Assembly: GCA_047495785.1 (NCBI GenBank)
Contig: JBLDXI010000003.1
Span: 1,054,001 to 1,118,000 of the forward strand
Direction: 5' to 3'
Length of the DNA: 64,000 nucleotides
Source of the DNA: Lepidodermella squamata
Taxonomy: Eukaryota > Animalia > Gastrotricha
Part shown: one piece after another, positions 61,401 to 64,000 of the stretch
Layout: the number at the start of each line of letters is the position of its first letter
Numbering within the stretch: position 1 is the stretch's first letter
Made by a program: the position numbers and the translations under genes
The notes under the pieces: model-generated
Database searches by the model: none
Told to the model about the DNA's origin: nothing
Seen by the model: the letters and a program-made list of their open reading frames with translations, nothing else

Positions 61401-64000
61401 GAGAATTGATCAATCAATAGAGGACATCATTATAAATATTTGTGGTTAACGTTATTTTGATTCTGTTATTCAACTTGTTTTCTATTTCTTCCATTTTCTT
61501 CCTTATTTTAGAGCCGCAACTCGGTCCTCCTCAGGTTGTGCCTGCGCCTACTCCACCCCCCGCGCCTATGCGGAAATCAGTATCTCGCCCGTCAAATCTA
61601 GCCTCAACCTCCGTGAATCTCCCGAGTGAGCCGCTCGTGAAGAAAGAACCGCTCGACTCGCCAACTATCGACTCAACTTCGTATTTAATCGAAGACTACG
61701 ATTCGCAATTACACGCAGCCTTAGACGACTGGCAGTCGATAGTCACAGTGAACGCGTTGCAACGGAAGCGTTACAGCGACCCGAGTTTTCCGCCAACCCT
61801 CGACTCCATTCTGTACGACCCGAAAAGACCGGTTTCCGAGAGCGAACTGCTCGACCGTGGCCAAAGCAATATCAATTTCGACATTTCCCGCATCAAATGG
61901 ATCCGGCCGTATGACGGGCGCGACTTCAGCAGCGATTCGGCGTGGACTGTTTTCCGATCTCCGATGCCGAGTGACATTCACCAGGGTGTGTTGGGCGACT
62001 GCTGGCTGGTCTCAGCGCTGTCTCTCATCGCTTGTGAACCGTTGTTGCTGCATAAAATTTTCATTACGCCCGATTTTCAAGTCACTGGTGCCTATGCGCT
62101 GCGGCTATGCATCGACGGCCGATGGCGCGTCATCATTATAGGTGAGCCATATTTGGGTACCCCGAATCATTTGGATTTTGCGCCAAATTAACACCAAATA
62201 CCTTGAAAAAAATGAATATTTTGTTATCTTTATACCGCTCGATATATCGCCATTTTCCAACTTTTTATTACTTTTTCTGTGCTCCCGCGCACTCACACAT
62301 CAAACTTCGAGAGTAAATGTCGTAATTTAGGTCAATTTTTTAAGAATTCTCAAATGATCATGAAAAAAAATTAGTCTTTCCGCCTGCTCGGGATCCAACC
62401 TGCTTCGTTTTTCGGTAATAATGTTCCCAGACAGAGCTTTTCGCTTGTAACGCTGCCGTTCGGCGCACCCAGATATTTTCGGGCCACCTTACTTATGTTC
62501 TCGTAACGTTGTTCGTTAAACTTCCATTTATCATTTATTTAATTGCCCAGACGACCGAATTGATTTAATTCAATTTTCCCATTTCCTTCTAGACGATGTT
62601 TTGCCGTGCTATGGCAGCCAAGGCCGTTTGCTGTTCTCGAAAGCGACCCGAAACCAACTCTGGGTACCTCTCATCGAAAAAGCAATGGCAAAATCCTACG
62701 GCTGTTACGAATCTCTCGCAGGCGGGCATACGTACGAAGGGCTGAGCGCGTTAACCGGCGAAGCGGTCGAAACTTTCATTCTACCCGAACCGGACGGCGG
62801 CGACTCGAAAGAATCGCACGACCCTGAAGATATTTGGATTAAACTCGTCTCTTACCTCGAAGCTCGTTATCTGATAGGTGCAAGTTGCGGCAGACGGTCG
62901 ACCTCGGAAGAAATTTACAACTCAGTCGGGCTGATAAACAACCACGCCTATGCAATTCTAGCCGTTCACTCCTCGATAAATCCAGTTGATGGCACGCCGT
63001 TGCGGCTAGTTAAACTACGCAATCCCTGGGGTACGTCAGACTGGAAGGGCGACTGGTGCGATGCGTCGCCACTATGGAAAACCAACTGCCCAAATGACGT
63101 CAAAAACCAACTGGCGCCTTACGGCCAACCCGAGGGCGTATTCTGGATGTCATACCGCGATTTTCTGTTCTATTTCGAGAATGTCGATGTCTGCAAGGTT
63201 CGGCCTGATTGGCGCGAGTACCGCATTTCAGCCGCGTTCCTCCGCCCCCCGTCCGAGTCGGTTGTAGTCGCACTGATTACAGTGGTTGAGACTACGCAGA
63301 TCGAACTGATGCTGCACCAGCACGGCCTGAGGCAAAAGTCGAAATTGAACCGTAGCCCCGTGGATTTGTTCGTTTTGCTATGCTCAGTCCGCCGTGTCGG
63401 GTCGCTGATGCTGCCGGATCGTATTATCGGCACGTCTGGGGCGAGGCGGTTGGATGCGTTTTCGCAGGCTGGCGAGTTCCTCGTGCAGCCGGGGGAGTAT
63501 GCGGTTGTGGTTTTCAGCGCCCATGCTGCGTGTCTGCCGGACTGTGTCAATCGGCTGTACACGTTGTCGGTGCATAGTGCTAAGCCGTTGGTTGTCGACC
63601 CTATCGTTCTGCCGCGCGTCTTCCTCGTCGATGCTATGATCAGCTATGTGCGCAATTTTGGCAAAAAGTATTACGGACCGGGCGATATTGTCGTATCCTA
63701 TGGTGAGTTTTTCTTTTTTTTCCCGAATTTTCCGGCAATGAATACTCTTCTATTCTTTTCCAGTAACATCGCATTTCAGCGGTCTAGCTCTGCTCGTTGA
63801 TAATGGATCTTCTCAGTGGCAAGTCAAGGTCGATTGCGACTGTGAAGGCTCAGAAAACGTTGTTTCAAGCCGGTACACGCTGAAGTCGGTCGATCACATA
63901 CCGCCTGGCCACTGCCAGCTTGTTCAACTGTTAGTTCAACAACCGCTCTTCACATAATTTGTAGGATTTTACGATGTTTTTCTTTAGATTGACGCCTCTT
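58415..64000 (+). CDS. CAPN15: Calpain-15 / small optic lobes (SOL); 3' end outside or at window edge, first exon 58415-58424 tentative
   Basis: Two RanBP2 zinc fingers (WACGTCTFHN...CEMC; WTCPSCTYSQN...CDSC). Catalytic QGVLGDCW, NNHAY and LRNPWG. C-terminal SOH-type region. Confidence 0.92.

Noticed and set aside
62370-62490. tRNA/SINE-like segment on the minus strand (GGTTGGATCCC, B-box-like)
   Set aside because: No cloverleaf and irregular box spacing; at most a SINE relic.
1-64000. Prokaryotic systems (CRISPR arrays, defence operons) and rRNA/tRNA genes
   Set aside because: The sequence is spliceosomal-intron-containing eukaryotic DNA. No repeat-spacer array or structural RNA gene was seen.

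Overview
This is eukaryotic, very probably invertebrate metazoan, genomic DNA: gene-dense, with many 45-60 nt GT-AG introns. About 25 protein-coding loci can be reconstructed by manual splicing. In order: the 5' part of IQANK1 (intron 2 holds a decayed LINE and three MITEs), ESD, a POMGNT1-like gene with two ILEI domains, ATP synthase delta, and a tandem array of five regucalcin/SMP-30 paralogues plus a pseudo-exon. Next come a tight + strand run (CNEP1R1, SLC35B3, INIP, SPO11) and an accessory-looking island (signal-peptide ankyrin protein, intronless HLS1-like GNAT, secreted Lys/Gly/Ser-rich protein). These are followed by a - strand ciliary run (TEX33-like, degenerate kinesin-CCDC78 fusion, short CCDC78 paralogue), a tail-anchored golgin, a NIPA transporter with two nested antisense peptide-precursor genes, RBM33-like and calpain-15. 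The most notable leads are a 339-bp inverted-repeat element splitting the last RRM strand of RBM33-like that could be spliced as an introner-type intron, the nested EAR-propeptide cationic peptide pair, the GNAT island, the regucalcin array and the CCDC78 duplication. All family assignments come from remembered motif similarity; no searches were run.
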